Notes: generated by a model from the sequence alone, not told the origin. A stretch of 60,287 bases of DNA, filler included, from Globobulimina sp. (GCA_003354225.1; 7 parts of 7 records of this genome joined end to end with filler, not necessarily neighbours in it), one strand, 5' to 3'. Positions 45,798 through 57,335 are shown, counted from the whole stretch's first letter. Numbers and translations: made by a program.

Positions 45798-47057
45798 TTA
45801 CTTAGGTTCACTTGATACAGGTAATTGAATCTTTTTGTTTCTTTTACGTATTGAAGAATGTTTTTCCAGATTTTTATTTGAAGACAAATTATTCTTTTCT
45901 ATATCTTGCCATTGTTTATATGTCATTGCTGTTAGCTTGTAATGATAGTTTGTAATGGATAAGATGGAAACTTTTACATTTATTATCAACGAGTCCAATT
46001 CCAATAATTTGTTTGATGGAAATAACGGTGATATGAAGCGATAGGCACAAATCGCTGAATAGTCAACAATGTTTCTAGTAACACAGTTAAAATTATTATA
46101 ACTATTTCGAACATTACATTCAACACTCACATTATTGACATCGTGCGGTCGTTTGAATAAAACCAATGCGAGACCAACTTGGCATTTTTCCTCATCATAT
46201 TCCGTATGTTTATGATCTTTGGGAAATATATACAAACCCCAATTATTATTCATTTCATCAAACGAATCACTTAAAAATAATTGTCTCGGACTTGCCACTT
46301 TTAATTTGCGCATCAATGATGCTCCAATGTTCCATGTAAATTCTACCTCTTTGGGCAATGATACTGGCTTAAAATAGGCGCTTGACTCGGAATCCCCACT
46401 GTATTCAATTGATAATATCTCAAAATGATAACAAATCAATAGTTGCTCCAATGTTGTACAATCTAAATGCATTAATACCATATATTGACGGCTTTGCCAG
46501 CCACTCTCATCCAGGTTTTGCAGCGGCCATCGAGGCTTTGCATAGAAATCTAAACTTTGCTTAAAATGAGCATCGTTTTGTTGACAAAACATTTCGGAAT
46601 ATACCACTGCTTTTGTTACTTGTTCATCTAAAAAATAATGTATATATAATATAGAATCATTCTCTTTATTTACGCTTGGCACAAATACAAATTGCAGTTT
46701 TATATCATGCGTATGACATGAATCGAATATCGGTGCTGCTATTTGCTTATCTGAAGTAAAAAATGTTTGCAGTTGTTTAGCTTTAATAATCCAATAAGTT
46801 GCTTCATCATAAAACCGAGTGCATAATGTAACAATATCTTGCGGGATAATGGATGTTGTGGTGGTGGTGCTACATTCCTTGAAGTATCCATAAATAACCA
46901 ATTGTTTTAGCTGTTGTGATTCTGGAGTTAATTTATGATGCAATCCTGTGTTTGTTTTTTGTTGCATGTTGTTTTCATATAAATATATAATGATATAAAC
47001 ATATATATACTGGAAGGAGGTTGTTTTGGTTTTGATTGGAAGCATGCTTGACAACAT
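45798..47057 (-). CDS. F-box-like motif plus MATH/TRAF-like domain protein
   Basis: LVIYGYFKE...IPQDIVTLCTRFY motif. EFTWNI...LSDSF...WGLYIFP MATH-like pattern. The true start may be a downstream Met. Confidence 0.55.
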   Translation of the reverse strand: MLSSMLPIKTKTTSFQYIYVYIIIYLYENNMQQKTNTGLHHKLTPESQQLKQLVIYGYFKECSTTTTTSIIPQDIVTLCTRFYDEATYWIIKAKQLQTFFTSDKQIAAPIFDSCHTHDIKLQFVFVPSVNKENDSILYIHYFLDEQVTKAVVYSEMFCQQNDAHFKQSLDFYAKPRWPLQNLDESGWQSRQYMVLMHLDCTTLEQLLICYHFEILSIEYSGDSESSAYFKPVSLPKEVEFTWNIGASLMRKLKVASPRQLFLSDSFDEMNNNWGLYIFPKDHKHTEYDEEKCQVGLALVLFKRPHDVNNVSVECNVRNSYNNFNCVTRNIVDYSAICAYRFISPLFPSNKLLELDSLIINVKVSILSITNYHYKLTAMTYKQWQDIEKNNLSSNKNLEKHSSIRKRNKKIQLPVSSEPK

Positions 47058-47363
47058 CTACGTTGGCATGAATTTGATAACAAACAAGACGTACAATTCC
47101 AAGATGTAGACATGGATAGTTGGTCTCCTTTTTTCACATTTTAGTTGAACTGCATTTTTTATTTTTGACAGACACATTATTTTTTTTGACGAATCAATTG
47201 CGGATTGAGGTTATCTGCATTTAGTAGTAGGACAAAATTCAATCAGGACGTAAGTCCGATTCCAGACTCACCGATTGCATTTCTATACAAAATAGTAACA
47301 AAAAGTTTTTTCTTACTAAATTCAACTTTGAATTATAGCATCCACACGTAGTCTATCAACAAA

Positions 47364-50300
47364 ATGACATTTTACGAGAACGAAGAATCAAATCAATCCA
47401 TTCCTTTAACCACAACACACGATGGGAGTCAAGGGGATGAATCAATGTACGATTACATCGCAGGATACAACGACGACAACGACGAAAACTTATCATTATT
47501 TGATTTCGAAGAGTCACAATTAATGGTTGATCCTGACAACAACAGCAACATTGCATACTATGACGAATTTGATCAAGATTTTGATCAAGAATCCTTTGAT
47601 CAAGAATCTTTTTTCGACGATGGATTGACTCAACAATCGCAAGAATCGCAGATCCAAATTAATTTCGATGATTTCCCCATTTCAGCGCCGCCTTCACCGA
47701 CACCAAAATCAGTCAAATCGCCCACACCACAAACTAACACCAAAAACATGCCAAATGACAACAACACGCAAACCAACACTGACAGCAACAACACAAACAC
47801 CTTAACCATCCCCACGCAAATAATCAACGACAACATGAACAAATTAGTCGAACGGCAGCATCATTACCACCTCGCTGTGGTTGCCGCCTCGCCACAACTA
47901 TCCACCGAGAAGAAAACACCCGACATCGCGCCATTGACACTATCATCAAACCTGAACCCCATAAATCTGAACAACAACCACCTAAACAGCGGTACCTACC
48001 ATCATTACCATAACAACAACCATCACCAAAACAATTACAACAGCAACTACATGACGCAAAACTGGCAAAAATCAATGTGGAAATCGCACGGCGGCGCCCG
48101 CAGATTCTTCATGCCTTTACCAAACCGGCGCTTTACACTAATGCATCACCACGAAATCGAGCAAGTTCTACGCAAACAATTGTCGCATATGATGTTGCCC
48201 GACCCTTTGAAGGCGGATTTTTACTGCGGTACCACCCAAGCGCGCGAAGGCAAATCGTGGGAAGGTTTCGGAGTTCCCGGTTTGAACCATGTGTACATCA
48301 AAAAATCGCACAAATATCCACGTAACAACGATGGTTCACCCATCCTCCCACCGGGCACTTTGGGCAAGACTGCCGGTTTTGTGTCGGTGCACGCGCCCAA
48401 ATCCATGATTTCTTTCCGGCAACAAATCGCCAAATCGCACAGTGAGAGCAAACCGAAGCAGCATGAGATTGATTTCCATAAATTCGATGAGTTGGTGCTG
48501 TTTAACAGCGATAAAATCGATTTTGAATGCATTGGAGACGGAGATTTGCGCGATTATGCCAGCGGCGTCTATGTGGATAAAGAGCTTAGTCTGCAAATCG
48601 AGATTGGCTTCGATTTGTGCGGATCCTTTGAACGTTGCAATATGAGTGTTTTTTATGTGCATCAGGAGAGTGAATGCCGTATGTTATACAACACTGCGAA
48701 CGGACTCATAAACTCTCGCTCGCAGCGCGACGATATGAACACATTTAATATCTGTCTGCGATCACGCGATCAGACCATGAAGAATCTCATCAATTTCATG
48801 GATTTGTTGTATCCAAACAACACGTTTTACAAATTGTTGTCTATCGACAAAGGGAGGAAACTGATCTACCGTATTTTTATGTTGTTTGAGGCGGATAATT
48901 TAGTGTTTATTGCCATGTTAAAATTATTGTGCGCCAAAATCTATTTATTTGCCACCATACAGCAAGGAAAGAAAATATCTGCGCAAGATATTGAGTTTGC
49001 GGATAAATTGATATCTGTATTGAATCCGAAAGAATATCACCATCATCACAATAATTATCATAATTTATACACACAATATATACACAAAAAAAAACAACTG
49101 CAATGTATACAGAAACAGTCTGTTTCTGATGATCAGGAAACGAATGACGACAATTCTGAGAAAAAAAAGGAGAAATTGAGCCAGGAATTAGTGGCAATGG
49201 AGAATCAGTTGCATTATTTAAAGGAGTTAATCCCGCCGCGTTTGTCCAGCGTGAATGTGCTGATAATCTTTAAATTAATCATCAAAAATATAGAGAGTTT
49301 TACACATCTTTCAGACAGGAAATTATTGTTCAAATCGAGGTTGGTTTGCAGCATTTTATCGGTTTGTGTCAAAGTTTCGAAACCCAATCAAGAAGAATGG
49401 ATACAATGTTTTAATAAATTATTCAATTTGCTAGGCAATGATTTGACGTTTATAGTGCCGGGATTGACCCGTTTGCAATCCGCACAATCCCAGCCGCCGC
49501 AATCTGACTTATCTGAGCCGCAATGCACTAACAACAACAACCCATTTTGTGACAGTGTCATAATACCATCGGTGATGAATGAGGCCGAATTGGAGAGATT
49601 GTATAATCCAAATGTACACGAACGAGGTAATGTATTTTTAGGCGCAGAATATTACAAATTGACGGGGAAGAATCTAACTCAATGGAGCGTATTGATGGCA
49701 TCGCCGCGGATTCGCTGGGAATTGATCTGTGATATTTGCATTGGCTGCGACGAGAATACGAGTGCGAAAATCTACGATCTGAAGAATTTCTGGCAAGCGG
49801 TGAAAGAGGGAATGTTTTACTATCCGCCGGCGAGGTTTCTGGCGCATAATCATAGCCAATTAAAGCGCGAATTGTATGGCTATTTTGACAAAATTAAGGA
49901 AAAAGCGCGTGTTCAAATGGCTGCGTTGAAGAAATCGCAGAGTCAGAGCCAGAGCCATAGTCACAGTCAGGATGAGAGTAAGGAGGAAACTGAAAATGTG
50001 ACAGTGTCGCCGATAAAAAGGGCACAATCGGATCCATTGACGAGCATCAATATGAATATCAATATCAACGGCAACAATAATCCGATATCCATTAATAATC
50101 CGCATCCGTACTCGCATCCGCAATCTATGCACCATTATGTCCACCAAATGCGAGGATGGCTGGCCGCCTTCGAAAGGAACGAATTGAAGCAGTTAGAGAA
50201 GGAGCGGCAGCATCGCATCAATATGGAGAAACAGAGTAAGCGGCAGAGGGAATATGAGAAGATGTTGCAGCAGAAAAAGGATGCACAGAATGAGCGATTT

Positions 50301-51665
50301 AAACAGCAGTTTTTCAAACAATTGAAAGAAAAAGGCATCAACAAGGAAAGCGAGCAAATATCAGAGACAAATGTCGAATCTGTGCAGGTCGCACACATTG
50401 CGATGCCGTCACGGAAAAAGACAATGGATACAAAGCTAGCAAACATAGCGCAGTCTGCGACGGAAACTGTCGTCGAAGCAGTGCCGGTGGAAAAGGACAA
50501 AGTTGTGATAAACTCCACGACGCCGAGTTTGGAGACGGATTTTAAGTTTGTGTTTGAAATAAATAATATAAAAAATGAAATGCAAGCCAAAGGAAACAAA
50601 TTTGTATTAAAAAAAATCGAGATTGAGGATGAGACTCTAAATTTAAATGAAACTGATGATTTGAATATAAATATGAATATAAATGATAATATCTCATCTT
50701 GTTCGAGTTCAGACAATGGCTCGTTTGTATCATTGGGTATTGGCGTTGACCCATTTGCATTAAACAACCGATATTATCAAAATATAATTAATACGAACAG
50801 CAATACAGAAAAGGAAGAGAAGAATACAGAATTTGCACTGCCGCAGAAAAGTGTAATTGTGAAGAAAGCAGAGGAGAAACAGAGGAAAATGGCAGAGACC
50901 GCCATGATGTTAGCACACGGCATGCAGGAAATTGGTGTGACGCAACGCAACGAATCGCGTATAAATAACCATAATTATAACAATAACAATAATGTAATAA
51001 GACATGGACATAATAATAATAACAATGCGCAAAATGAAGAGAGCCACGTAATATCGCCAGGAGTGCACGTGAACCGATCGAGGAATAGATACTATGGACA
51101 TAACCACCATTATTATGATTATAATTATCAGACACAAATGTCGCGGCGGAGAGAGCATTATCAATATAACAGATATAATCGGCGGGATAGAGACAGGAAT
51201 AAGAAATATAGAGAAGAATATTCGTTATCAGCAGCAAAGAAATATAAAATATACAATGGATATTATGACGCATCGTCATCGCATGCGGATGATTATTATG
51301 CGGCGAATCGTAATGGAAATGGGATACCGCCGCGGATGAGAGGTTCAAATGGGATGTTGTCATCGTTGGGGATTCGAGAAAAGCATAAAAAGAATCGCGA
51401 GAAATATAGTAAATATCGGGATAAATATAGCAAGAAAAGGGAAAATAATATTAACTCATTGTCGTATAACAAAGGAAAATCGAATCGGAATAAGAATAGC
51501 TTATATTATGATGACCGGGCACATCTAAGTGAGAGGGGGAGAGATGTCAGAGATCGATATAGAACTCGCGATAATCATACCAATGCATCACGGTATTATC
51601 AATATAAAAGTAGTCCATATTCGTCAAATTCAAAATATAATTATTCTCGGAAAACACGAAGGTAA
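47364..51665 (+). CDS. PAT1: PAT1-like mRNA decapping activator with long low-complexity C-terminal extension
   Basis: LMHHHEIEQVLRKQL...DPLKADFY, LGKTAGFVSVHAPK and FYKLLSIDKGRKLIYR match Pat1 Mid and C-domain motifs. Acidic N-terminus with FDF. Confidence 0.7.
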   Translation: MTFYENEESNQSIPLTTTHDGSQGDESMYDYIAGYNDDNDENLSLFDFEESQLMVDPDNNSNIAYYDEFDQDFDQESFDQESFFDDGLTQQSQESQIQINFDDFPISAPPSPTPKSVKSPTPQTNTKNMPNDNNTQTNTDSNNTNTLTIPTQIINDNMNKLVERQHHYHLAVVAASPQLSTEKKTPDIAPLTLSSNLNPINLNNNHLNSGTYHHYHNNNHHQNNYNSNYMTQNWQKSMWKSHGGARRFFMPLPNRRFTLMHHHEIEQVLRKQLSHMMLPDPLKADFYCGTTQAREGKSWEGFGVPGLNHVYIKKSHKYPRNNDGSPILPPGTLGKTAGFVSVHAPKSMISFRQQIAKSHSESKPKQHEIDFHKFDELVLFNSDKIDFECIGDGDLRDYASGVYVDKELSLQIEIGFDLCGSFERCNMSVFYVHQESECRMLYNTANGLINSRSQRDDMNTFNICLRSRDQTMKNLINFMDLLYPNNTFYKLLSIDKGRKLIYRIFMLFEADNLVFIAMLKLLCAKIYLFATIQQGKKISAQDIEFADKLISVLNPKEYHHHHNNYHNLYTQYIHKKKQLQCIQKQSVSDDQETNDDNSEKKKEKLSQELVAMENQLHYLKELIPPRLSSVNVLIIFKLIIKNIESFTHLSDRKLLFKSRLVCSILSVCVKVSKPNQEEWIQCFNKLFNLLGNDLTFIVPGLTRLQSAQSQPPQSDLSEPQCTNNNNPFCDSVIIPSVMNEAELERLYNPNVHERGNVFLGAEYYKLTGKNLTQWSVLMASPRIRWELICDICIGCDENTSAKIYDLKNFWQAVKEGMFYYPPARFLAHNHSQLKRELYGYFDKIKEKARVQMAALKKSQSQSQSHSHSQDESKEETENVTVSPIKRAQSDPLTSINMNININGNNNPISINNPHPYSHPQSMHHYVHQMRGWLAAFERNELKQLEKERQHRINMEKQSKRQREYEKMLQQKKDAQNERFKQQFFKQLKEKGINKESEQISETNVESVQVAHIAMPSRKKTMDTKLANIAQSATETVVEAVPVEKDKVVINSTTPSLETDFKFVFEINNIKNEMQAKGNKFVLKKIEIEDETLNLNETDDLNINMNINDNISSCSSSDNGSFVSLGIGVDPFALNNRYYQNIINTNSNTEKEEKNTEFALPQKSVIVKKAEEKQRKMAETAMMLAHGMQEIGVTQRNESRINNHNYNNNNNVIRHGHNNNNNAQNEESHVISPGVHVNRSRNRYYGHNHHYYDYNYQTQMSRRREHYQYNRYNRRDRDRNKKYREEYSLSAAKKYKIYNGYYDASSSHADDYYAANRNGNGIPPRMRGSNGMLSSLGIREKHKKNREKYSKYRDKYSKKRENNINSLSYNKGKSNRNKNSLYYDDRAHLSERGRDVRDRYRTRDNHTNASRYYQYKSSPYSSNSKYNYSRKTRR

Positions 51666-51751
51666 TAATTAAGATAATTTAAGTAATAATTAAGATGTTA
51701 TTCATGCACATATTATATATATATATATCATATATTTGTGTTTATTGTATA

Positions 51752-51851
51752 NNNNNNNNNNNNNNNNNNNNNNNNNNNNNNNNNNNNNNNNNNNNTTAAT
51801 TAATTAANNNNNNNNNNNNNNNNNNNNNNNNNNNNNNNNNNNNNNNNNNNN
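51752..51851. other. Artificial contig spacer
   Basis: N-run, TTAATTAATTAA, N-run; 100 bp. Confidence 0.99.
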
Positions 51852-51932
51852 TTAAAACACCTTCTTCTGTAAGAGTCGCTGATTTCGATTTTTCATCAAC
51901 TTTATAATCAGTATCTATTTTTAATGATGGTA

Positions 51933-54900
51933 TTACTGCGGATCATCATCATCTGCAGATTCTAATTGGTCGCCAAATTCGTTTCTATAATCCAGTGGTT
52001 TATCATTGGCTTTTTTACATTTTCCATCTTTGTACATTCGGATTAGGTCATTTCTTGTACATTTAATAAATTTTACGATCGCTTTGATGATTCTTACACG
52101 TAATTTTATTTCTAATTTGAACGGCGGGAAGAATAGCGACCTTTGGATGTGATTTATTGTGCCATTCTCGTCAAACTTACGTTTATCTGTTTCCTTTACT
52201 GCCAATTCATTGTGCGAGTTATAAATGTTATTAATTTCACCAAATAATAGTTTACGAGGTGCCAAATAGTGCACAGCTTGGCACTCAACAAAATAATGCA
52301 TTATAGTTTCATCATATTGGTTCATATCACATTCGCTATGTTGTTGGCAGTAAGGATGGAATGAATGGTTATTTGCTTTGTATGCCATATATGTATTCAA
52401 TGGCAACTGGTCCGCCATACACATGACTCTGACGTCGTTTTCTATGGCTGATAAGAATGGGATTATTTGTGCGTATTTCTTTGGTTCCCATCTAATATTT
52501 AGCTCATAATAATGTCGTCCCCATCCATATGGATAGTTACTGTAAAATAGCTCAAATTTGTTTTGATTCCATATGTTTTCATCGTATTTGTTGGCTAAAT
52601 ACTTAATCTCCGATTTTATTGTTTTATAAGCTATCATATTATTTGGGTTGAGCCACGTTGATTGGTCATCAATTAAAATGTGTTGATTATTATTATAAAA
52701 TAAATCTTTCTCAATTTCCGGTTGGTTGGCCAATTTTACTTTATTTCTCGTCTTACTTTCAATGATTTTATCCTTTTCAGTTATTTCTTTTGTAAAACAT
52801 AACCTGGCCATTCCAGCCGCACATTTTGCCAATTCATCCACCAAATTATTCATCTCAGATTCAGAGTGACTATGAACCCAATAAAATTTGATGAAATTGA
52901 CAATATATTCAAAGTCCGATATCTTTCTGATCTCTGCATTTAATTTAATATACAGATTTATTATCACGTCGTCCTTTGGTGTGTGTTTTTGGGATATTAT
53001 ATTAAGACAGTTTTGACTGTCTGTTATTATCGCCACGCTCTCCGCTTTCATCACATATTTCTCTCTATTTCTTGGGTCATTTAGCCATATTAGCGATTGC
53101 CATATGACATAAAATTCCATTACATTTATGTGAGTGCGGATTGACAGCGGCAATGTTATGGTGTCTATCACATCAAATCCGTAGTATATCACCACGGCAC
53201 ATCCCCCAATTCCAAAAATTGAACTTTTCGGATCATTGTCATATGGATAGACAGATCCGTCGGGAACAAAGCATAGCATCTTTGCTTTCAACATACCATC
53301 TTTCCACATATTGTCATAGCTAATAAATTGGATTGAATTTGGTATTGGGTCCGGGATGAATTTGTATACGAATCTGCTTACATAATTGCCACAAATATAC
53401 GTTTTTGTGTCCATTGACCCCAATTCTATTGAGTCACTGTACCATTTCCATAGTGCATTTTTAGATCTCTTGTCTTTGGGAATATGCCTAAGTTTATCAC
53501 GGATATTATAGCCATTTTGGATTTTATTATAAAGCGGCCTTATTTCATTAATAAATTGACATTTTTTATCGTAAAGTCCATTATTTTCATTGCAACGTAA
53601 TAGTTTCGAGAACGATTTGGCATTTAATCTCTTCATAAATGAGTCGAATGTATTAAATCCATTGAAATTATTTCTTTCCATTATAGACAATGTATACAAT
53701 TTGTTATTGAATATTCGTATTAGTTTATTGTATTCAACTCTTATTTTATTATCATTTATCATATTAATATACGTAGATCCCGCATAATTTAGCAACGATA
53801 TCGCCGTTGCATCAATAAAATACTTTGTAACGCCTGCACTTATTTTGTTGTGTTTACTACTTAATAATTTGTAGCAGCTTCGCCTTATTACTCGCATATC
53901 ACTCAATATTTTGTTTGTATGCTGCTTAAATGTCCAAAGATTATCTAATTCCATGCCGAGTATAACAAAGCTATCGGAATGGTCATGATTGGTATTTCCG
54001 TCCATCGTAAATTCATATTTTCTGTATATACTTAACCAATCAATTAATTTTAATTCAATTTTTTTTTGATTGTTTACGAATTGCAAATATTCGCATTTAT
54101 TCATAACAACTATGCATTTTTCGTCATCTTCGTTAGTTACATAATGCCATATTTGTTCCCTTACTGCGTAATTTACTATATTTTCTGCATTGCAATTTGC
54201 GAATTTCTGATTTAATACATTTATAATTATTCGCTTTGTGAATACGTACATTGGTTTGGAGTTTTTTTGGATCTTTTTTTGATTTTTTTGGACGATTGTT
54301 TTCTGCAATTTGCTTATTATTGGAATGCATTCATCAAATTCACCCCTAAGTTGCTCAAATTTTTGATAATAATAATCTTTAAATATAACAATATGCGATT
54401 TATCATCATTTGTCGGTATGTTATTTACGTTAAAATACTCTCTAATAAAATTCATTGCTTTTTGTATCATCGGATACATTTTTGATAAAATAAACATATA
54501 CTTTTTGTTTGACTGCAATTGGATGAATTTATTAATCGATATTTCTTTGTTCATAATAGATTCTTTATATTCATCGGTTGCGTCTCTTTTAATAGTATTA
54601 TTATTATTTATTTTTATGTAAAAATTTACATCATCCATTAATACTTTCGGCTGGATTTTTGCTAATTGGTTGCCATTATTTTCATCAAATAATATATAAT
54701 TTCTATCCAAATGCAGACCGCCAGGATTTATATAAATGCACCAAGCAAATCCCGCCGGTATAAATCCCTGCGAAAATAATGAATTTAATGGCTTGAATAC
54801 ATCAGAATTTTGATTATTTACTCTACAAATTGATCGGACGTTACTTGTAAACGACTTAAACATTACGATGGCTGCTTCATTAAATCCGCAATGATATCGC

Positions 54901-57335
54901 ATTTTATCTTCAATAATCGCCGGAAACATAGAGTTATATGCACTGCTCGAGTCGTTTGAGACTAATACAGTCGGAAAACCATTACAAATCATATCATCAA
55001 TGTCCGTAATCATATTTGTTAGACAGTCTTCGGAGCCCGATGCCATTTTTGATGCGAACTGGTGCACCATTAATAATTTATATTTCTCCGCATATACAGC
55101 AATTCTATTAAACACCATAATTGTATACACTTTTAATATAATGACGCCATATTCGAGCGGCCGTAGTGACCCAATCAATCTCTTATCTTTGCCACCTTTA
55201 ACTAATGGGTTCATGAGGCGTTCATTCATGTTATTGGTTACAACGCCGTTATCTTTCCACCAATCATATACTAATAGCAATATATCAGCAATTTGGTGTT
55301 CAGCGTGTACCAATAATAGCAGATGGATGTCACCATGGAATGCCTTATTTGGATCTGCTGTGTTGAGTGCGTAATGCAATTCTGATTTTGTGAATGGTTC
55401 AACTAAGCGGTTTGCTGCCAGTTTCCATTTTGCAACTTCATCAATTTGATAATCTGATAAAGTGTTTCTATCCGCTTCGGACCATATTTTTGGTCGGAAA
55501 TCATACGGTGAGTCAAGTTCACGTGCTCTGCTTCGTGACCTTTTAACCTTTGTATCATACAAAGGGTTTGATTTATGGCCAATTGTGTTCATAAATTTTG
55601 CGATTACATTTGCTTTTTCTTTATCATCATAGATAAAATCATCGTATTTCAGGTTTGCATCTACTTTTTTTGTGATTTTTTTTATTGCTTTTGATAATTT
55701 CACTAATTTGCCTATTGTCCGGGTACTATTTTTATCATTGTCGCCATCTAATTTCTTTACTAAACTGTACCATGACTTTGATTTGTATTCATTTATAGTT
55801 TTCATATCTTGTTTTTTCTTTATTTTGCGTTTTTCATTTCGGACTTTTCGGCCTTTCATTCTATCCATAACCTTCCAATTCTGATAAATATTCCATCGCT
55901 TATACCCAATTTTATCGATAATAAATTGTTTTGGGCACTTTCTTATGAGTTCGCTACGCTTTTTATACCACTTTTTTTTGATGTTTACCACTGATTTAAT
56001 GATAGATTTGTATTTTCTGCGGTAATCTCGCGTACGTTGTATAATTTGCTTTATTTCCTTACTTAATACCAATACTCGCCCAACGCGGTTTGTTTTTTTT
56101 CCAAAGTGAAATTCCGCGGAGTTTGTCATTAAATTCTTTGCGTGTTTCATAATCATCGATATCTGCTCAATTGGTCTGGAATTTGATGGGTTGTAACTAC
56201 CATAGCTATCAATTATACCTTTCATTGATAACATTTTTATATCCAAATCATTCTGATATTTCTGGATGTTTTGCTTTGTCATATTATTCAGTTTCCATGT
56301 CGTTTTTGTAAAACGTTTTCGTTGTTTGATTGTATTGACATTCATTAAAAACATATGATTTGGATAATGGTCGGAGATATTTTCGGGGATATAATTGTTA
56401 ATGATTTGAATACGTCCTTTTTTGTTTATATTTGTCCAAATTGTATCTATTATCGATTCATTTTTCATGCCATACTTATCGATTACAAATCTGGTATTTT
56501 GTCCATATTTATTTATATTATTTAGACCGATTTTGTTCATTGCCACAAATAACTTGTCGCCATCGCAATATTTTCGTATTAAATTATGCCGTTTCTCCTC
56601 ATTTCTATCAATCGATCCTATTAATTCTGAACGTATATTATAGTCGCCACCATTTATAATTGTTGGCGTCTTATCATTCATGTAATTTGCAATGTAATTA
56701 TGGATTATTTTAATGTTTTTTGGGTTCGTCGCATTAATATTTGGTGATCTATAGGCATTCCACAGAATTATTTTGTCGCGGTTTCTGTATTTTTTTCGGA
56801 GTTTTAGCACCACAGCACATGAATGGATGTTATTTTGTGGGTCTACGTCAATTAAATCATGCGGTATGTCGATAGAACTTACGTTATTTACCATATTATT
56901 TCTTATATATATTGATGTAATGCCAATTTTATCATTTGCAATGCGTGTCATCCCAATCAATTTTGCGAATTCATCTTCTTTCGCTAATTTATAGCCCCTA
57001 TAATTTTTGAATCCAACCGTTTCTTGGAACATACAAATATGCGGATTTTTATCATTTATGTACATAGTTACTTCATCTTTTTTGATTGAATTTGCGTTCA
57101 TTCCTCCATCAACGTTCCATGTTATTATCTTGATTTTATTTGATTTGCATACTAGCGGATTTATTATTCGCCGTTTAGCGTTTCTGGTAGGTACCGTACC
57201 ATGTTTTTTATGTGATTTTTTGTTATTGTTTATTTTGTGTGGTACGTTAATGGGTTTTGGTCTTATTTCAAATGGATACCTTGCATACCATTCCGGTGTA
57301 TTTCTCTTTAATGGTTTTTGTTTACTTCTTGGCAT
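51933..57335 (-). CDS. LINE ORF2: AP endonuclease, reverse transcriptase, RNase H and C-terminal Cys/His motif
   Basis: APE: ITWNVDG, FQET, GGDYN, IIDTIW, SDHYP. RT: LRPL, NDSSSAYN, SQG, LMDD, ILGMELD. RNase H: PDGS, VMEF, ITDSQ, WVHSH, NNLVDELAK. C-terminus: C...ETIMHYFVEC. Confidence 0.92.
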   Translation of the reverse strand: MPRSKQKPLKRNTPEWYARYPFEIRPKPINVPHKINNNKKSHKKHGTVPTRNAKRRIINPLVCKSNKIKIITWNVDGGMNANSIKKDEVTMYINDKNPHICMFQETVGFKNYRGYKLAKEDEFAKLIGMTRIANDKIGITSIYIRNNMVNNVSSIDIPHDLIDVDPQNNIHSCAVVLKLRKKYRNRDKIILWNAYRSPNINATNPKNIKIIHNYIANYMNDKTPTIINGGDYNIRSELIGSIDRNEEKRHNLIRKYCDGDKLFVAMNKIGLNNINKYGQNTRFVIDKYGMKNESIIDTIWTNINKKGRIQIINNYIPENISDHYPNHMFLMNVNTIKQRKRFTKTTWKLNNMTKQNIQKYQNDLDIKMLSMKGIIDSYGSYNPSNSRPIEQISMIMKHAKNLMTNSAEFHFGKKTNRVGRVLVLSKEIKQIIQRTRDYRRKYKSIIKSVVNIKKKWYKKRSELIRKCPKQFIIDKIGYKRWNIYQNWKVMDRMKGRKVRNEKRKIKKKQDMKTINEYKSKSWYSLVKKLDGDNDKNSTRTIGKLVKLSKAIKKITKKVDANLKYDDFIYDDKEKANVIAKFMNTIGHKSNPLYDTKVKRSRSRARELDSPYDFRPKIWSEADRNTLSDYQIDEVAKWKLAANRLVEPFTKSELHYALNTADPNKAFHGDIHLLLLVHAEHQIADILLLVYDWWKDNGVVTNNMNERLMNPLVKGGKDKRLIGSLRPLEYGVIILKVYTIMVFNRIAVYAEKYKLLMVHQFASKMASGSEDCLTNMITDIDDMICNGFPTVLVSNDSSSAYNSMFPAIIEDKMRYHCGFNEAAIVMFKSFTSNVRSICRVNNQNSDVFKPLNSLFSQGFIPAGFAWCIYINPGGLHLDRNYILFDENNGNQLAKIQPKVLMDDVNFYIKINNNNTIKRDATDEYKESIMNKEISINKFIQLQSNKKYMFILSKMYPMIQKAMNFIREYFNVNNIPTNDDKSHIVIFKDYYYQKFEQLRGEFDECIPIISKLQKTIVQKNQKKIQKNSKPMYVFTKRIIINVLNQKFANCNAENIVNYAVREQIWHYVTNEDDEKCIVVMNKCEYLQFVNNQKKIELKLIDWLSIYRKYEFTMDGNTNHDHSDSFVILGMELDNLWTFKQHTNKILSDMRVIRRSCYKLLSSKHNKISAGVTKYFIDATAISLLNYAGSTYINMINDNKIRVEYNKLIRIFNNKLYTLSIMERNNFNGFNTFDSFMKRLNAKSFSKLLRCNENNGLYDKKCQFINEIRPLYNKIQNGYNIRDKLRHIPKDKRSKNALWKWYSDSIELGSMDTKTYICGNYVSRFVYKFIPDPIPNSIQFISYDNMWKDGMLKAKMLCFVPDGSVYPYDNDPKSSIFGIGGCAVVIYYGFDVIDTITLPLSIRTHINVMEFYVIWQSLIWLNDPRNREKYVMKAESVAIITDSQNCLNIISQKHTPKDDVIINLYIKLNAEIRKISDFEYIVNFIKFYWVHSHSESEMNNLVDELAKCAAGMARLCFTKEITEKDKIIESKTRNKVKLANQPEIEKDLFYNNNQHILIDDQSTWLNPNNMIAYKTIKSEIKYLANKYDENIWNQNKFELFYSNYPYGWGRHYYELNIRWEPKKYAQIIPFLSAIENDVRVMCMADQLPLNTYMAYKANNHSFHPYCQQHSECDMNQYDETIMHYFVECQAVHYLAPRKLLFGEINNIYNSHNELAVKETDKRKFDENGTINHIQRSLFFPPFKLEIKLRVRIIKAIVKFIKCTRNDLIRMYKDGKCKKANDKPLDYRNEFGDQLESADDDDPQ

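Noticed and set aside
8583-51851. Recurring TTAATTAATTAA motif and any gene linkage across N-runs
   Set aside because: These are artificial six-frame-stop spacers between length-sorted contigs, so neighbours across them are not biologically linked.
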